A stretch of 64,000 bases of DNA from the human T2T-CHM13v2.0 reference genome, Homo sapiens, in the NCBI RefSeq assembly GCF_009914755.1, contig NC_060925.1; one strand, 5' to 3'. Of this stretch, positions 49,765-64,000 are shown piece after piece (positions within the stretch are counted from its first letter, which is position 1; each line of letters starts with the position of its first letter). The notes under the pieces are model-generated. The model did no database searches and had not been told where the DNA came from. It saw nothing but the letters and a program-made list of their open reading frames with translations. The position numbers and the translations under genes are program-made.

Positions 49765-51443
49765 TCTCACAACAAAGACCACGCCATTTATTTACAAAGG
49801 CCAGTGTGGGAGCTGGGGGAGGCAGGGAGGGAAAGCCACACAGACATCTTCTCTGGACTGCTTGGGACCCTTTCCCACTTGGAGCAAACTCTGTTCCTCT
49901 TGCCGTCATATTCTCAGCCATGGGGTCGGTCCTCCAAGCAGCTGGGCCAAGTAGGAGAGGGAAGAGGTGATATGAGCCTCCTCTGTGCTCTGACAGAGAA
50001 ATGTCCAATTCCAGATCAAAGGCATCATTGCCACCCTCTCCTCTCCTTCCTCAAAGAAAACTTTCTGGCCTGGAGGGAAATAGTTAAGAACTGAAAGGCC
50101 AGGGGCTCTGGAGGAAAAAAACCCTCTACTATTCCCACAAGGCAGTGAGGGGTGATAAGGGTGCTAGTCACAGCCCTGACAGCTTCAGAAAGGGTACCCA
50201 CATTACCTCTGGGTTACCCAGCATCCAGAGCCCCAAGGGACCTAGCTCTCCCGGATATATATTCCTGCAATGGACTGACCTTTTTACCCACTTGTCTCTG
50301 GTGGTGGGAGAGCACTCTGAACCAGAAACCAACAAGGAATCCACTTCCCACCCAACTTAAGAGTGTATGCACACATGTGGATACACATGCACCTCCCCAC
50401 TACTCACACAGACCCCAACCCCCTTCATGTCTTTTGAGGGGGGCTCAAACTACTGGTGCCTGGGGACACAAGCAAGACCTGGGTCCATGGAAATGTGTGT
50501 GTGTGTGCATATAAGCACATATGCTTGAGGAACTAAAGCCAATATGACCCCTTGTGGGGCGTGGCGCTTAGCTTCATTGGGCTCCTTTTTTCAGTTTAAA
50601 TTCCATTAGCATCTCTAAGTCTCTTCTGCCAGCTCGGGCCTGGATTCTTCTGCCTAAAAGAGCTATGAGTGCTTCTGCTCCCCACTGTTAATTCCAACTT
50701 CCAAGCCTTTTACTCAGGCTGTCTCCCCCATTCCCTTCCTCCGAATAATCTCATTCCCTCCTCTTTCACACGAATTTCCTCTGGGCTGCTCCAGCGTTTG
50801 TTAATTCCTGTCCAGAGAGCTGTCTCATCTCCCTCTTCAGACAGGGAGAACAGGCATCTTCCTCCTTACCCTGGAATTTCCAACAGTTCCCACCAAAAAG
50901 TGCTGAATGAACCAGAATAGGGGCCGAGAAGGAAAATTACCACCTGTTTCACCTGCTCCTCCTTCAGAGCAAGAAATTCTAGCATTGGTTGGGCTAGGGG
51001 TTGGTGGGTAGGGAGAAAAAGAAGGAAGAGAGTTACCAAAAGTAAACATAAGACAAAACCCTAGTGGTATAGATGGAAGACTATGTTCCAGTAAACCAGA
51101 GAGCTGGTTCCTCCCTCGACTCTGCACAGCCACTGAAAGTTTAAAGATTGCAAAAGTGGTGTGGGGCAAGGAGGTAGAGTCAATCAATGAAACTGTGAAA
51201 ACTGTTTAAGTAGCACTGCTCAAGGAGACCAGGAGAGAAGAGTCTGTTAGAGACGTAGCAGTAAAACCATAATTCTCAGACAGAGCTAAGGGGTTGGAGC
51301 CCATGCCTCTAAAGTCACCCTGCTGTTTGGAAAGGATGAGGGAGAAGACGGAAGGGAGGACAAGCTGCAGAGGGTAAGGATTGACAGAAGAACCGAATGC
51401 TGACATCGAGGGAGGGGAGAGGCAGGAGGCATGGGCCGAGGGA
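49765..51443 (-). other. UBQLN4: UBQLN4 3'UTR (3' end approximate)
   Basis: Alu-free unique sequence running from the stop codon to an AATAAA with a GU-rich downstream element. Confidence 0.75.
49787..49792 (-). terminator. UBQLN4: UBQLN4 polyadenylation signal AATAAA
   Basis: tttatt on the plus strand; on the minus strand it is followed by GGTCTTTGTTGTGAGAGTGTGTTGGCGTTTGTTTTTTT. Confidence 0.75.
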
Positions 51444-63125
<11,682 letters not shown>

Positions 63126-64000
63126 CTGATCAAGGGAGAGAGACAAAATGGGCCCCGGAACCAGGGGAGCACCAACCTAGGAAAAGGGTGGGCCTTGAGG
63201 AAGGGGGGTCTGTATCAGGATCAGGACCAGGGCCCAGGAACTGCCCCACAGTGACAGGGAGTAGAGTAAACTGGACTTCCTTCCTCTACTGTAATCTTGG
63301 CTCCAAGCCCGCCTCCCTGTGGGTATTTTGGTTGGCTTTTTCTAGTGGAGGACAATGATCCCAGCTGAAGTGAGGGCAGCAGCTTCCCTCCCTTAGGCTC
63401 AGAGTGTCCAAAGAAGTGTCAGGGTGCACAAGGAAACTGAGTCAGAAGAGACACAGAAAGAAAGGGGAGGAGGCAGAAGAGAAAATTAACATCTACTGAG
63501 AACCTACTGTATATGGGCACAGGGCCAAGTAGCTTACGGAATTCAAGTCATGTAATCTCCACAATAACCATCTCAGGTGTTTATTTCTGTCCCTATTTTG
63601 CAGATGAGCAAATAGGCTCAGAGATGTTAATTGACTTGCTGCCCTGGGACACACAGTCACTGAGTGGTGAAGACAGTGTTCAAAGCCAGGTTGGTTGGTC
63701 TGTCCAAGACCATACTGTGATTCCTGGTAAATGACTGCAAGTTGGGGAAGGAAAGCGTTCAAGCTGGAATAAAGCTACTGACACCCTGTAATTCCCACCC
63801 CCAAGTCTTTGCTCTGCCTGAACCTTGAGAAACACTGAAGATGGGGGCTTTCTTCTATGGAGCCAATGGCACAATCTCAATAAGGGGTGGCTATGTCAAC
63901 CCCGGGGGAGTTCATCACAGAAAAATAAGTATAACTACTTGTTCCCATTCAACTTGGAATACCTTCCCTCTCCTTCCCAAATGTGCTCCACACTTGCCTT

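Overview
This is Alu-dense primate (human-like) genomic DNA. It holds the complete minus-strand SSR2 gene (TRAP-beta, 183 aa; non-coding exon 1 plus five coding exons; CpG-island promoter at about 35.4 kb) and the 3' part of minus-strand UBQLN4 (last seven coding exons, 354 aa ending in the UBA domain, plus a ~1.7 kb 3'UTR). This gene pair marks human 1q22, where ARHGEF2 lies just beyond the left edge; that placement comes from prior knowledge, not from the window. Much of the rest is Alu, along with a solo MER11 LTR, an MST LTR, MER47/Tigger3/MER2/MER58/MER5 DNA transposon fossils, MIRs and microsatellites. Nearly all ORFs in the supplied track are Alu artefacts. Four observations stand out. 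(1) Three minus-strand exon-like segments (21499-21391, 17843-17793, 5053-4960) splice in frame into a peptide containing FRRHSWGPG, the PKA/14-3-3 motif of the ARHGEF2 paralog AKAP13. This suggests a hidden or decaying long N-terminus of ARHGEF2. (2) There is an apparently decayed, intronless acidic/Cys-rich gene at 47.2-47.8 kb between SSR2 and UBQLN4. (3) SSR2 intron 3 is a U12-type minor intron. (4) An AluYa5 at the left edge has no target-site duplication.
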